A stretch of DNA of 64,000 bases from an uncultured Sulfurovum sp. (GCA_964606545.1 CAZSHP010000001.1:3148-67147); one strand, 5' to 3'; shown: positions 40,057-50,304, counted from the first letter of the stretch. Translations and numbers: made by a program. The notes: a model not told the origin generated them from the sequence alone.

Positions 40057-40141
40057 GTAGGGTGGTGCTTTTAAGCCCACCAATTATATTTATATTTATA
40101 TTTATATTTTCTATTTGGTGGGCATAAATGCACCACCCTAC
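40057..40141. repeat. GTAG-type REP doublet (REPIN-like), copy 2
   Basis: GTAGGGTGGTGCTTTTAAGCCCACC-(TATATT)4-containing spacer-GGTGGGCATAAATGCACCACCCTAC; its GTAG supplies the TAG stop of the 40138-40851 gene. Confidence 0.8.
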
Positions 40142-40851
40142 TTAATTGCTAATATTCCCTCAAAAGGTCCAAATTTTGCAACACTCATAATATCTACAAA
40201 ACCTGCTCTTTTGAGCATGTCTATATTGCCCTGTGTCGAAAAAGGCTCAAGAACACCCTTTAGACTCCTACTTTTTTGTATAATCTCTTCGGCAGAGTAC
40301 CCCTGCTCTAGTTTATACTCATTATAAACGCCTGTCATAATATCCTGAAACCGTGCATCAGGTGCTCTTACTTTTTCAAAATAGAGAAATGCACCACCCC
40401 AATTTAGACTCTGATAGATTTTGTCTATCAATAGCTGTCTCTGACTTGGACGAATAAACTGTACAACATAGTATGAGGTGATAAAATCAGTTGGTTCAAA
40501 ATTATATTCCAATACATCAGCATACTCAAATGATAGATTCTGCATCTTATATCTTTTTTTGGCACTATCTACCATATCCTCTTCTATATCTAAGCCTATA
40601 AATTTGGCTTCTCTATCTATAAATCTATTGGCAAGTTTATGAGACAATACTCCCGTAGAAGTGCCAATCTCATAGCAGATAGAGTCATCTTTGACAAAAT
40701 AGTCACTAATTTTTAGGATAATATCATGCCCCTCATTGTAGAGGGGAACTGATTTTGAGACATGCTTTTCGAAATCTTTTACCATCTCTCCAGAAAACTT
40801 CCAATCAGCATTACCTGAATCTATATTGTCACCAACAGAACTTCTACTCAT
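40138..40851 (-). CDS. CmoA-like SAM-dependent methyltransferase-fold protein
   Basis: WKFS..VKDFEKHVSKSVPLY, YEIGTSTG, QFIRP, GGAFLYFEK, GYSAEEI.QK, AGF. Confidence 0.75.
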   Translation of the reverse strand: MSRSSVGDNIDSGNADWKFSGEMVKDFEKHVSKSVPLYNEGHDIILKISDYFVKDDSICYEIGTSTGVLSHKLANRFIDREAKFIGLDIEEDMVDSAKKRYKMQNLSFEYADVLEYNFEPTDFITSYYVVQFIRPSQRQLLIDKIYQSLNWGGAFLYFEKVRAPDARFQDIMTGVYNEYKLEQGYSAEEIIQKSRSLKGVLEPFSTQGNIDMLKRAGFVDIMSVAKFGPFEGILAIK

Positions 40852-40917
40852 AGTAAAATCCTTACTTAATTTTTACTTATTATACAATAATAATTTATAT
40901 ACAAAAGTATAATTTTA

Positions 40918-43053
40918 TCAATATGCAACAATATCATCCAATCGACCAGAGCCACGAATCATAAACGCATCAATATCCAAAAGCTCATTATTAGGCTCTG
41001 CATTGGAGATATCTTGGGCAAGATTTCTCTCAAAGGTTCTCCATGTTCCATCATCAGCATTTGCTCCTAATCCTATGCGAATATACTCTCCACTTAACCC
41101 CTCATCTCCATCTGTTGCACTATATCTTATATATCTATGTCCATTTGTTGTTCGTACAGATATATAGATTTTAAAACTCTCATTATAGTTCATACTCCAT
41201 CTAATTCGTTTGTGATTTTTATTACTCCATCTATTCTCACCCCAAATAGCCCCAAGAATATAACCATCTGTTCTACCTTGACCTGATAGTTCAATAACTC
41301 TATCTCCTTTAGTTGCATCCTCTACATTTCTAACAATAGCATTGCCAGAGTTGTTTTCATAGATTGACCAACCATTGGTATCACCATTTTCTGCATCTTC
41401 ATAGACTATTGGTGAATAGACCATCATAGTTTTAATATCATCAATGCGACCTGAACCTCTAATCAAAAAGGCATGGATAGCAACAATCTCATTATCAGGT
41501 TCAAATTTATGTAAATCTTCTTCGAGGTTTCTATTGAATGTCTGCCAAGTACCATTATTTGCATCAGTGCCAATTCCAAAAAGAATATAGTTATCACTCT
41601 TACCACCATCATTATCTACAGGCTGATACTTCATATATCTAGCTCCATTAGTAGTTTCAATAGCTACATATACAGCAAAAGGTTCACTATAGTTCATACT
41701 CCAAGATATAGCTTTATGATTTTGATTATTCCATTTAGCTCCACCTCTTCTTCTACCTATCTCATAACCGTTATTTAAACCATTACCTGTTAATTCAATA
41801 ACTCTACTTCTTCTCCCCTCATCATAAATATTATTGATAGTTGCACCTTCTGGATTATTATCATATACTTGCCATCCGTCTGTATTACCATCCTCTGCAT
41901 CTTCATATATCGTATCTTCATTAGGATTAGGAATTATTGCTCTTCCTAGCATTTTGACATCATCTATTAAACCACTTCCCATAACAGTAAAAGAATCTAC
42001 AGATATTAGTTTATTATTTGGTTCAAAATCTCTTATATCTTGTTTTAAGTCTCGTGTGACAGTTTGCCAAAAATAGTTAATATTTCCAAAATCCCGTCTC
42101 TGTTCCCAACCATTTTGTCCCATGAGTGAGCGTCCACCCATCTCATGCCAAATAGTTGCTCCGTTATTGATAATACCTCCACTAGGAATATAATCATTAC
42201 TGTTTGTATACAAAAGTTCTCTGATACCTTCTGTTGTATGCACATTTATGGAGACAGAGTATGTTTCAAAAAATCTACTCTTCCATTGTATAATGCTTTG
42301 TGTAGTATTATTCCAACTATTTGAATTTAATCTATAGGCATTATCTAATCCATTGCCTTCTAATTTAATAACATCACCTTGAACTTTTGCTCCTTGTGGG
42401 TCAATAACAGTTACAACAGTTGCTCCTGCTGGGTCATTGTCTGATATAGTCCAATTATCTGCTCCACTACCATTTTCATAAATAGTCTCTTTTGGATTAT
42501 AGAGAATAATATTATCCAAAGACACATCAGCCCCACTATATATAAAGCCATTGACAGAGATAAGTTCATTATCAGGTTCTGAATCTTTTAAATCGGCTTC
42601 AAGGTCTCTTGTATATGTACGCCAAACATGTTTATATTCAGCATGTCTATATCCCCCGAGACCATGAAGAATTCCACCATCTAAACCATGTCTAAGAATT
42701 CGTTTTGGTAAATCATTATAAAAAAGGTATCTAGTACCATGAGTAGTTGTTACAGGTATATATACAGTATATCTATCACCCATATACATACTCCAAGTTA
42801 TAGTTTTTTCTGTAGTATTATTCCAAGCCAAATTACCTGAAACAGCTCCTAATATCCAAGGACCTCCACCACCTGCTAATCTTATAACTCTACTATCAGT
42901 TGAGGGACTATACACATTTCTAGGTTCATTACTATCTGTTTGAACTCTCCATCCATCTGTAGTTCCATCTTCTGCATCCTCATAAACTGTAGTAGCAGTT
43001 GAAAATGTTACTACAGTTAAAAGTATAAATAGTATACTGTTTAATCTTCTCAT
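40918..43053 (-). CDS. Secreted protein with four tandem approximately 170-aa repeat domains
   Basis: Signal peptide; repeats start YEDAEDG.T.GW and end W.T..R.L..D....EP.N.L.....F...GSG.IDD. Confidence 0.8.
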   Translation of the reverse strand: MRRLNSILFILLTVVTFSTATTVYEDAEDGTTDGWRVQTDSNEPRNVYSPSTDSRVIRLAGGGGPWILGAVSGNLAWNNTTEKTITWSMYMGDRYTVYIPVTTTHGTRYLFYNDLPKRILRHGLDGGILHGLGGYRHAEYKHVWRTYTRDLEADLKDSEPDNELISVNGFIYSGADVSLDNIILYNPKETIYENGSGADNWTISDNDPAGATVVTVIDPQGAKVQGDVIKLEGNGLDNAYRLNSNSWNNTTQSIIQWKSRFFETYSVSINVHTTEGIRELLYTNSNDYIPSGGIINNGATIWHEMGGRSLMGQNGWEQRRDFGNINYFWQTVTRDLKQDIRDFEPNNKLISVDSFTVMGSGLIDDVKMLGRAIIPNPNEDTIYEDAEDGNTDGWQVYDNNPEGATINNIYDEGRRSRVIELTGNGLNNGYEIGRRRGGAKWNNQNHKAISWSMNYSEPFAVYVAIETTNGARYMKYQPVDNDGGKSDNYILFGIGTDANNGTWQTFNRNLEEDLHKFEPDNEIVAIHAFLIRGSGRIDDIKTMMVYSPIVYEDAENGDTNGWSIYENNSGNAIVRNVEDATKGDRVIELSGQGRTDGYILGAIWGENRWSNKNHKRIRWSMNYNESFKIYISVRTTNGHRYIRYSATDGDEGLSGEYIRIGLGANADDGTWRTFERNLAQDISNAEPNNELLDIDAFMIRGSGRLDDIVAY

Positions 43054-43144
43054 TTTAGATTCCTTGTTTATATTTAATAATAAATGTTATTATATATTTA
43101 TTCACATAAATATTAACTTAATAATCTCATCTAATATTCTATTG

Positions 43145-43305
43145 TTAATCATCATTCTCCTCATCTTGAAAAGTCCAAATATCATCTATATATCCAGAAC
43201 CACGAATAAGAAAAGCATCAATAGATATAAGTTGGTTTCCTGTTTCAATATCTTTTATATCTGCTGATATATCTCTTGTAAAAGTTCTCCATATAGTTTA
43301 TTCAT
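43145..43305 (-). pseudogene. Remnant of a paralog of the 40918-43053 repeat protein
   Basis: Minus frame reads IWRTFTRDISADIKDIETGNQLISIDAFLIRGSGYIDDIWTFQDEENDD*, matching the repeat C-terminus; RBS + ATG (43305) is out of frame with it. Confidence 0.75.
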
Positions 43306-43362
43306 CAATAATCCTTTAAGGAATTTTAATTATAATTATATAACAAAAAATATTAGAAATAG

Positions 43363-44337
43363 TTAAATAATATTCTCTTTTATTATTAACTTCGCAATAT
43401 TTCTATGTGCTTCATCACTCCAATGTCTATCACATGAAAAACTTTTTAATGGCAAACTATATTTATCAGAGAGAGAGTCCAAATCATAAAAATCTATTTT
43501 TTGATTAGTCAAAAAGTCTGTTAGTGTCTTTTTTAGTTTTAAATCTCTTCCATAAACAATTACTTTATACTCAACTCCTCTCTCTTTTAGCAGTTTTTTT
43601 ATATTAGATACAGCTCCTTTGACTTGTAGCCAATTTTTGGATAAATTCTCCTCTTTTTTATTATCTGCTACTCTCTCTACCTCATCATCTTTTACAAAAT
43701 AGAGTATCTTTCTTAGATATATATATAGCTCAAAATTCCCCAAGAAATCTCTAATCTTCTCTTTTATATCTAGTGGTTTAGGGGGGATAACTCTATAACT
43801 CTGCATATCTCTAAAATCCAAAAAGACTTTTGGTCTAGTAGTGCTATCAAATGTCTTTGGGTCAACCTCATATATATTTCCATCCATATTTAGTAGCTGT
43901 ATCACCTCTTTTACATTATCAAATTTAACCTTTTTTTGCAACATTACAAGATGCTGAACAGATGCTGTTCCAGATAGACCATAATTCAAGAAATTATACT
44001 TTCCATCGTACTCTCTCTCTAAGGAGTTGTGTATTATATTTTGATTTTTTACCATAATAGCTTCGGTATATGAGTCACCTAGTAGAACTATATCCTTTTT
44101 ATCTTTTTGATATTTATAACTATTTTTTACCAACCCTCTATTATCAAAATAGTAGGTTGTATCATAACACTTTCGAACTGTCTTACTAGAAAAATTTCTC
44201 TTGTGCCACATCCCTATATCACTATCATACTCAACAGGAGAGACTCCATAAGAGAATGGAGAGAATCTCAAAAAAAGTTCAAAAAATATAATAGCCACTA
44301 GTGATGCAGATAGAAACATAAAACTCTTTTTTATCAT
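43363..44337 (-). CDS. SGNH/GDSL hydrolase-family protein (putative O-acyltransferase partner)
   Basis: N-terminal TM; LLGDSYTE, NYGLSG, CDRHWS (DxH). Confidence 0.8.
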   Translation of the reverse strand: MIKKSFMFLSASLVAIIFFELFLRFSPFSYGVSPVEYDSDIGMWHKRNFSSKTVRKCYDTTYYFDNRGLVKNSYKYQKDKKDIVLLGDSYTEAIMVKNQNIIHNSLEREYDGKYNFLNYGLSGTASVQHLVMLQKKVKFDNVKEVIQLLNMDGNIYEVDPKTFDSTTRPKVFLDFRDMQSYRVIPPKPLDIKEKIRDFLGNFELYIYLRKILYFVKDDEVERVADNKKEENLSKNWLQVKGAVSNIKKLLKERGVEYKVIVYGRDLKLKKTLTDFLTNQKIDFYDLDSLSDKYSLPLKSFSCDRHWSDEAHRNIAKLIIKENII

Positions 44338-44346
44338 CTATCTCTC

Positions 44347-45762
44347 CTAAAAGTTGAAATATAAAAACTCAGATACCTTATCACCACGAATAGTGATATT
44401 TATCATCTGTAGTAGGGTAAATGAAAAGAGCAGGGAAAATATAAAAAAAGCCTGTCTCTTAATCCACCTAAACTCTACAATCTCCGAAGAGTTCTTGAAC
44501 ATTGTAACTATAATAAATCCTAACAGTAGATAAGAAGGAGCCATAATATATGTACTATCATAATAGAGAGAGAAACCATTCAGACCAAACATCCCTTTTA
44601 GTACTTTAATTGCATCTTTAAACTCAGTGGCTCTAAAAAATACTCTAGTAAAATTTATATAGAAAAAGGTGATAAACCAAGCAACAAATATATTTAATCT
44701 AAACCCAAATTGTTTCCATTTATGGTTAATAATCAATGCTACACCATGTAAAAATCCCCATAGAACAAATCCCCACCCTGCTCCATGCCAAAAACCTGCA
44801 AATAGGAGTGTTATCATTAGATTTATATATGTCCGATTTACCCCTTGTCTATTACCACCTAATGGAATATATATATAGTTTCTCAGAAATCTACCAAATG
44901 TGATATGCCATCGTCTCCAGTAGTCCTGTACAGAGGTAGCTTTGTATGGAGAGTCGAAGTTTATTGGCAATTTGATATTAAAAAGCAGAGCCGCACCTAT
45001 AGCCATATCTGCGTAACCACTAAAATCGAAGTATATCTGAAAAGAGTAACTCAAACTAGCTATCCACGCCTCAGAGAAATATAAGATGGTAGAGTGGTCA
45101 AACCCTTGTGTTGCCCATATAGCAAAAGTATCTGCTATGACAACCTTTTTAAATAGTCCTATAGCAAATATAAACATCCCTCCAAAAACATTACTCATAT
45201 TAATAGAGCTATTTTCAGATTTCATAAATTGAGTCATCATCTCTTTGTGATGAACAATAGGACCAGCTATGAGTTGAGGAAAAAATGAGACAAATAGAGC
45301 ATAGTTCAAAAAGTTATACTCTTTGGTCTCTCCTCGATATGAGTCAACGAGATAAGCAATCTGTTGAAAAGTAAAAAATGAGATGGCCAAAGGCAGAGCT
45401 AGGTGCATAAGTTCGATATTTGAACCAAATGCTCCATTGATATTGATAATAAAAAAATCCATATATTTATAGTATATCAATAGCAGAGCATTCCCTACAA
45501 TGCCTATTGTTAGTATCGTTTTTTTGGGTATATGATATATCTGACTACTATAATTGGTCAATACTCTACCCATGGAGTAGTTAAATATCATTGAAGCTAA
45601 TAGTAGATTGAGATAGTTAATATTCCACCAACTATAAAAAAATAGACTAGAGAGAACTAAAAAAATTCTGCTAATCTCTTGTGATTTACTATTTAGATAA
45701 AAATATATAAAAAAGGTTATCGGTAAAAATGCAAATATAAACTCGTAACTATTAAATAACAA
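44347..45762 (-). CDS. MBOAT-family O-acyltransferase (AlgI/DltB-like)
   Basis: MLFNSYEF, LPLAISFFTFQQIAY, FFPQLIAGPI, QIYFDFSGY, WRRWHIT, GFWHGAGW. Confidence 0.93.
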   Translation of the reverse strand: MLFNSYEFIFAFLPITFFIYFYLNSKSQEISRIFLVLSSLFFYSWWNINYLNLLLASMIFNYSMGRVLTNYSSQIYHIPKKTILTIGIVGNALLLIYYKYMDFFIININGAFGSNIELMHLALPLAISFFTFQQIAYLVDSYRGETKEYNFLNYALFVSFFPQLIAGPIVHHKEMMTQFMKSENSSINMSNVFGGMFIFAIGLFKKVVIADTFAIWATQGFDHSTILYFSEAWIASLSYSFQIYFDFSGYADMAIGAALLFNIKLPINFDSPYKATSVQDYWRRWHITFGRFLRNYIYIPLGGNRQGVNRTYINLMITLLFAGFWHGAGWGFVLWGFLHGVALIINHKWKQFGFRLNIFVAWFITFFYINFTRVFFRATEFKDAIKVLKGMFGLNGFSLYYDSTYIMAPSYLLLGFIIVTMFKNSSEIVEFRWIKRQAFFIFSLLFSFTLLQMINITIRGDKVSEFLYFNF

Positions 45763-45938
45763 CGCTGTTTCCTTTATATTAATGATATAATTATACTGAA
45801 TTTTTCCTTAAATTAACAGAAAAAAACTGTTTAAAACTGTTTTTTTGATGAAGAAAATTCTATAAATCAACTTAACTATGTTAAGCCTGAAGAGTTATAT
45901 TCAATAAGTTTATAAAAAGATTGTAGTATAATCCCCCC

Positions 45939-46784
45939 ATGAAAAAAGAGATATTTTTATGTGCTATCAATAATATATTGAGTGGTACTTGCAAAGAAGA
46001 TTGTAAATTCTGTACACAGAGTGTTCGCTATCATGCAGATATAGAGCGATATAACTATAAATCTATAGAGAGCATTGTTATAGAAGCAAAACAGGCAAAA
46101 TCACATGGTGCTTTGGGTTACTGTCTAGTAACAGCAGGAAAAGGACTAACAGACAAGAGCGTAGATTTTGTGGCTAGAGCATCAATCGCTATCAAAAAAG
46201 AGGTGGATAATCTAAATCTAATAGCATGTAATGGAACAGCTACTGTAGAACAGCTAAAATTTCTAAAAGAGCATGGGATAGATAGTTACAACCACAACTT
46301 AGAGACTTCAAAAAGATACTATGAGACAATATGCACAACTCACTCATGGGATGAGAGATACCAAACCTGTCTAAATGTAAAAGAGGCAGGACTACAGCTA
46401 TGTAGTGGTGGTATTTGGGGTATGGGTGAGAGTATTGAGGATAGAGAGTCACTATTAAACTCTATAGTCTCACTTGAACCTGACTCAACTCCCCTAAATT
46501 TTTATATAACAAACCCTGCTCTTCCAATAAAAGAGAGAAATATTAATAGAGAAGAGGCATTAGTTATTATCAAAAAAGCTAGGGAATTGTTGGGAGAAGA
46601 TAGGTTATTGATGGTTGCAGGTGGTAGAGAGCAGATATTTAGTGGTTATGAAGAGGAGATGTTTGATTCAGGGGTCAACTCTATTGTGATAGGTGACTAT
46701 CTCACTACAGTAGGGGATAATCCTCTCAAAGATAGAACAATGCTAGAGGAGATAGGTTATAGAGTAGCTACTAGTTGTGGTTAA
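45939..46784 (+). CDS. bioB: Biotin synthase
   Basis: CKEDCKFC radical-SAM motif, YNHNLETS, LCSGGIWGMGE, AGGRE, GDYLTT. Confidence 0.93.
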   Translation: MKKEIFLCAINNILSGTCKEDCKFCTQSVRYHADIERYNYKSIESIVIEAKQAKSHGALGYCLVTAGKGLTDKSVDFVARASIAIKKEVDNLNLIACNGTATVEQLKFLKEHGIDSYNHNLETSKRYYETICTTHSWDERYQTCLNVKEAGLQLCSGGIWGMGESIEDRESLLNSIVSLEPDSTPLNFYITNPALPIKERNINREEALVIIKKARELLGEDRLLMVAGGREQIFSGYEEEMFDSGVNSIVIGDYLTTVGDNPLKDRTMLEEIGYRVATSCG

Positions 46785-46857
46785 CTATATTTTTTACAAA
46801 AATATATAGCACGACCTAACACTTAAGAGGAACAGCAAAAATAGATGGAGATAGAGT

Positions 46858-49800
46858 ATGAAAGAGTTATTTAGAATTGGAGGGTTTACACCCTATATAT
46901 TTATTGTATTTCTCAATGCAATGACAGACCTAGGACACAAGATTATTTTACAAAATACAATATTCAAAGCCTATGATGGCTCAGAGCTGATAATACTTAC
47001 AGCTATTGTCAATGCTCTGATTCTACTACCTTTTATATTTCTATTCTCTCCATCAGGATTTTTGAGTGACAAGTACCCAAAGGTTCAGATTATACGAGTA
47101 GCCTCACTAGCAGCTGTTGCTATCACCTCTCTTATATTAGTTGCCTATATCAATGGTTGGTTTTGGTTTGCTTTTAGTATGACCTTTATATTGGCCGCAC
47201 AGTCTGCTATATATGCACCTGCTAAATATGGGTTAATCAAAGAGATGGTAGGAAATGAGAAGCTAACAGAGGCTAATGCTATGGTTCAATCTATTACTAT
47301 TATCTCTATATTAGCAGGAGCTGTTATCTACTCTATATTTTTTGAGTCTCTCTTAGCAGACCAAACTACAGATAAAGGAGAGATACTACAGTATATCTAT
47401 CCTGTAGGGTTTGCACTAATTGGAGCATCTATTGTAGAGTTTCTGCTATCTCTGCGTCTGATTAAGTCCATAGAGATAAAAAAGAGCATGAGATTTAAAC
47501 CTAGAAGATATGCAAACCTAACCTATCTTAGAGCCAATATGAGGGTTCTAAAAAGAAACCAAACAGTTTGGCTCTCTATTATTGGTCTCTCTATATTTTG
47601 GGGTATCTCTCAACTAGTGGTGGCAATCTTTGGTGAGTATCTCAAAGAGAATATGGGGATAGACAATACAGTCGTAGCCCAAGGTCTCTTATCTGTTTCA
47701 GGTATAGGAATAGTGGCTGGTTCACTATTTGTAGGTCGTGTTAGCAAAAAGTATATTGAGACAGGGATTATACCTATTGGAGCATTGGGAATTGCAGTTT
47801 CTCTCTTTTTTATCTCTAGTATAGAGTCTGTAAATGCACTTGGTGTTCTATTTTTCTTCTATGGTTTCTTCTCTGGGCTTTTTATTGTTCCACTCAATAC
47901 ACTTATTCAGTTTGCTACTCCAAAACGGATGATGGGCAAGACCCTAGCAGGTAGTAACTTTATGCAGAATATCTCTATGTTTCTCTTTTTGATGTTAGTT
48001 ACACTCTTTGCTTTTATCGGTTTCTCTAGTACTACTCTGTTTAATATAGCGATGTTAATTGCTCTAGGTGGTTTTATCTATACACTTATAAAACTCCCTC
48101 AATCTATGGTTCGTTTTGTGGTTCGTTTTCTATTTGGACTAAAGTATAGAGTAGATGTTGAGGGGTTAGATAATATAAAATCAAGCCGTGGAGTGCTATT
48201 TTTAGGGAATCATGTCTCCTTTTTGGATTGGGCATTTCTACAGATAGCATACCCTAATCCTATTAGATTTGTAATAGATAGACACTACTATAATATTTGG
48301 TATCTAAAGCCGATATTTAAGTTTTTTGGAGCAATCTCAATCTCTACAAGAGGTGGGAAAAAGGCACTATCTTTAGTTTCAGAAGCACTTAACAACGGTG
48401 AGACTGTAGCACTATTTCCTGAGGGTCATCTATCTCGAAATGGACATCTTGGTAAGTTTCAAAAAGGTTTTGAGTTTGCTACGGCTGATGTAACTAGAAA
48501 CTCCATAATTGTGCCTTTTTATCTGCGTGGATTGTGGGAGAGCCAATTCTCTCACGCCTCAACAAAGATGAAAAACAAAAGACTAAAAGATGTAGGAGTA
48601 GCATTTGGTAAACCTATGCCGATAAATAGCAAGGCAAATGAGGTCAAAGAGGCAGTATTTAGACTCTCTATAAGCTCTTGGGAGGCCTATACCAAACGAC
48701 TACCATCTCTACAAAAGGCTTGGATAAGAGAGGCTAAAAAGGTAGGTAGAGAGCTTTGTGTAGCAGACTCAACAGGTGTAGAGCTTAGTGATCATCGGTT
48801 TATTACAGCTGTTTTGCTAATGAGAAGAGCATTTAAGTCTATTTTGGGCAGAGAGCAGAATGTAGGGCTTATAGTTCCCACAAGTGCAGGTGGCTCTATC
48901 TCAAATATGGCAACTCTAACTCTAGGCAAAACTATTGTAAACCTAAACTACTCAGCAGGAACAGAGAGCCTAAAACATGCTATCAAACTAGCCCAAATAA
49001 AACAGATAATCACCTCCAAACAGTTTATGGTTAAGCTAAAAGCGAAAGGTTTTGACCTAGATGAGGCACTAGAGGATACAGAGCTAATCTATCTTGAGGA
49101 GCTAAAAGCCAAAATGAGCAGACTTTCACAGCTTTTGACCTTTTTGATGGCAAAATTTCTACCCACAGCACTACTCTCTCTACTTTTTATCAAAAATAGA
49201 CCAATCGACTCAACAGCAGCTATTCTATTCTCTAGTGGAAGCGAAGGAACACCAAAAGGGATAGAGCTAACACACCAAAACTTTATGGGTAATATCAAAC
49301 AGATAGCTACTCTAATGAACCCAAATGATGATGATGTAATGTTAGGAACTCTACCTATATTTCACTCATTTGGACTAACAGTTACAACCCTATTCCCACT
49401 AATAGAGGGTGTGCCTGTAGTATGTCACCCTGACCCAACAGACGGATTAGGCATAGGAAAACTATCAGCAAAATATGATGCCACTATCCTATTTGCAACA
49501 GCTACGTTCTATAGACTATATGCACGAAATAGAAAGATTCACCCTCTAATGTTTGACAAACTACGATTTGTGGTAGCAGGGGCAGAGAAACTACCTAAAG
49601 AGATAGCCGAACTATTCAAATCCAAATTTGGAAAAACTATCCTAGAGGGGTATGGAACCACAGAGACCACACCCGTAGCTAGTTGTAATATCCATGATGC
49701 TATAGACCCCGATGATTATCATGTTCAGGTTGGAAACAGAGAGGGAACTATAGGTCTGGCACTTCCAGGGAGTAGCTTTATGATAGTTGACCCTGATACA

Positions 49801-50304
49801 TTTGAACCTCTACCAACAGGAGAAGATGGAATGATGCTAATAGGTGGAACGCAGGTAATGAAAGGGTATCTAGGAGATAAAGAGAAGACCAAATCCGTAA
49901 TCAAAGAGATAGATGAAATCCGTTGGTACATCACAGGTGACAAAGGTCATGTAGATGAGGATGGTTTTGTAACTATTGTAGATAGATATAGTAGATTTGC
50001 AAAACTAGGTGGAGAGATGGTCAGCCTAGGGCTTGTTGAGAGTGAAATAGGTAAACTTTTGAGCGAAAATGACCAAATCTCTGTAACAGCTATTCCTGAT
50101 ATAAAAAAGGGTGAGAGAGTTGTTTTGATGCTAGAGGGCGAGAAGGATTTGGATGAGTTGAAAAAGGAGATTAGAGAGTTGAATATGAATCCTCTGTTTA
50201 TTCCTAGCGATTACTTTAAAGTGGATGAGATTCCTAAGCTTGGAACTGGTAAGGCTGACTTTAAAGGAGCTAAGAGGTTGGCTTTGGAGTTGACAAGCAC
50301 CTAA
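46858..50304 (+). CDS. aas: MFS (LplT-like) / acyltransferase / acyl-ACP synthetase fusion
   Basis: N-terminal 12-TM MFS, NHVSFLD and FPEG (PlsC), FSSGSEGTPKG, EGYGTTE, TGDKG (AMP-binding). Confidence 0.92.
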   Translation: MKELFRIGGFTPYIFIVFLNAMTDLGHKIILQNTIFKAYDGSELIILTAIVNALILLPFIFLFSPSGFLSDKYPKVQIIRVASLAAVAITSLILVAYINGWFWFAFSMTFILAAQSAIYAPAKYGLIKEMVGNEKLTEANAMVQSITIISILAGAVIYSIFFESLLADQTTDKGEILQYIYPVGFALIGASIVEFLLSLRLIKSIEIKKSMRFKPRRYANLTYLRANMRVLKRNQTVWLSIIGLSIFWGISQLVVAIFGEYLKENMGIDNTVVAQGLLSVSGIGIVAGSLFVGRVSKKYIETGIIPIGALGIAVSLFFISSIESVNALGVLFFFYGFFSGLFIVPLNTLIQFATPKRMMGKTLAGSNFMQNISMFLFLMLVTLFAFIGFSSTTLFNIAMLIALGGFIYTLIKLPQSMVRFVVRFLFGLKYRVDVEGLDNIKSSRGVLFLGNHVSFLDWAFLQIAYPNPIRFVIDRHYYNIWYLKPIFKFFGAISISTRGGKKALSLVSEALNNGETVALFPEGHLSRNGHLGKFQKGFEFATADVTRNSIIVPFYLRGLWESQFSHASTKMKNKRLKDVGVAFGKPMPINSKANEVKEAVFRLSISSWEAYTKRLPSLQKAWIREAKKVGRELCVADSTGVELSDHRFITAVLLMRRAFKSILGREQNVGLIVPTSAGGSISNMATLTLGKTIVNLNYSAGTESLKHAIKLAQIKQIITSKQFMVKLKAKGFDLDEALEDTELIYLEELKAKMSRLSQLLTFLMAKFLPTALLSLLFIKNRPIDSTAAILFSSGSEGTPKGIELTHQNFMGNIKQIATLMNPNDDDVMLGTLPIFHSFGLTVTTLFPLIEGVPVVCHPDPTDGLGIGKLSAKYDATILFATATFYRLYARNRKIHPLMFDKLRFVVAGAEKLPKEIAELFKSKFGKTILEGYGTTETTPVASCNIHDAIDPDDYHVQVGNREGTIGLALPGSSFMIVDPDTFEPLPTGEDGMMLIGGTQVMKGYLGDKEKTKSVIKEIDEIRWYITGDKGHVDEDGFVTIVDRYSRFAKLGGEMVSLGLVESEIGKLLSENDQISVTAIPDIKKGERVVLMLEGEKDLDELKKEIRELNMNPLFIPSDYFKVDEIPKLGTGKADFKGAKRLALELTST

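Noticed and set aside
43064-43267. Plus-strand 67-aa Ile-rich ORF
   Set aside because: Low-complexity antisense frame over the pseudogene remnant and promoter region
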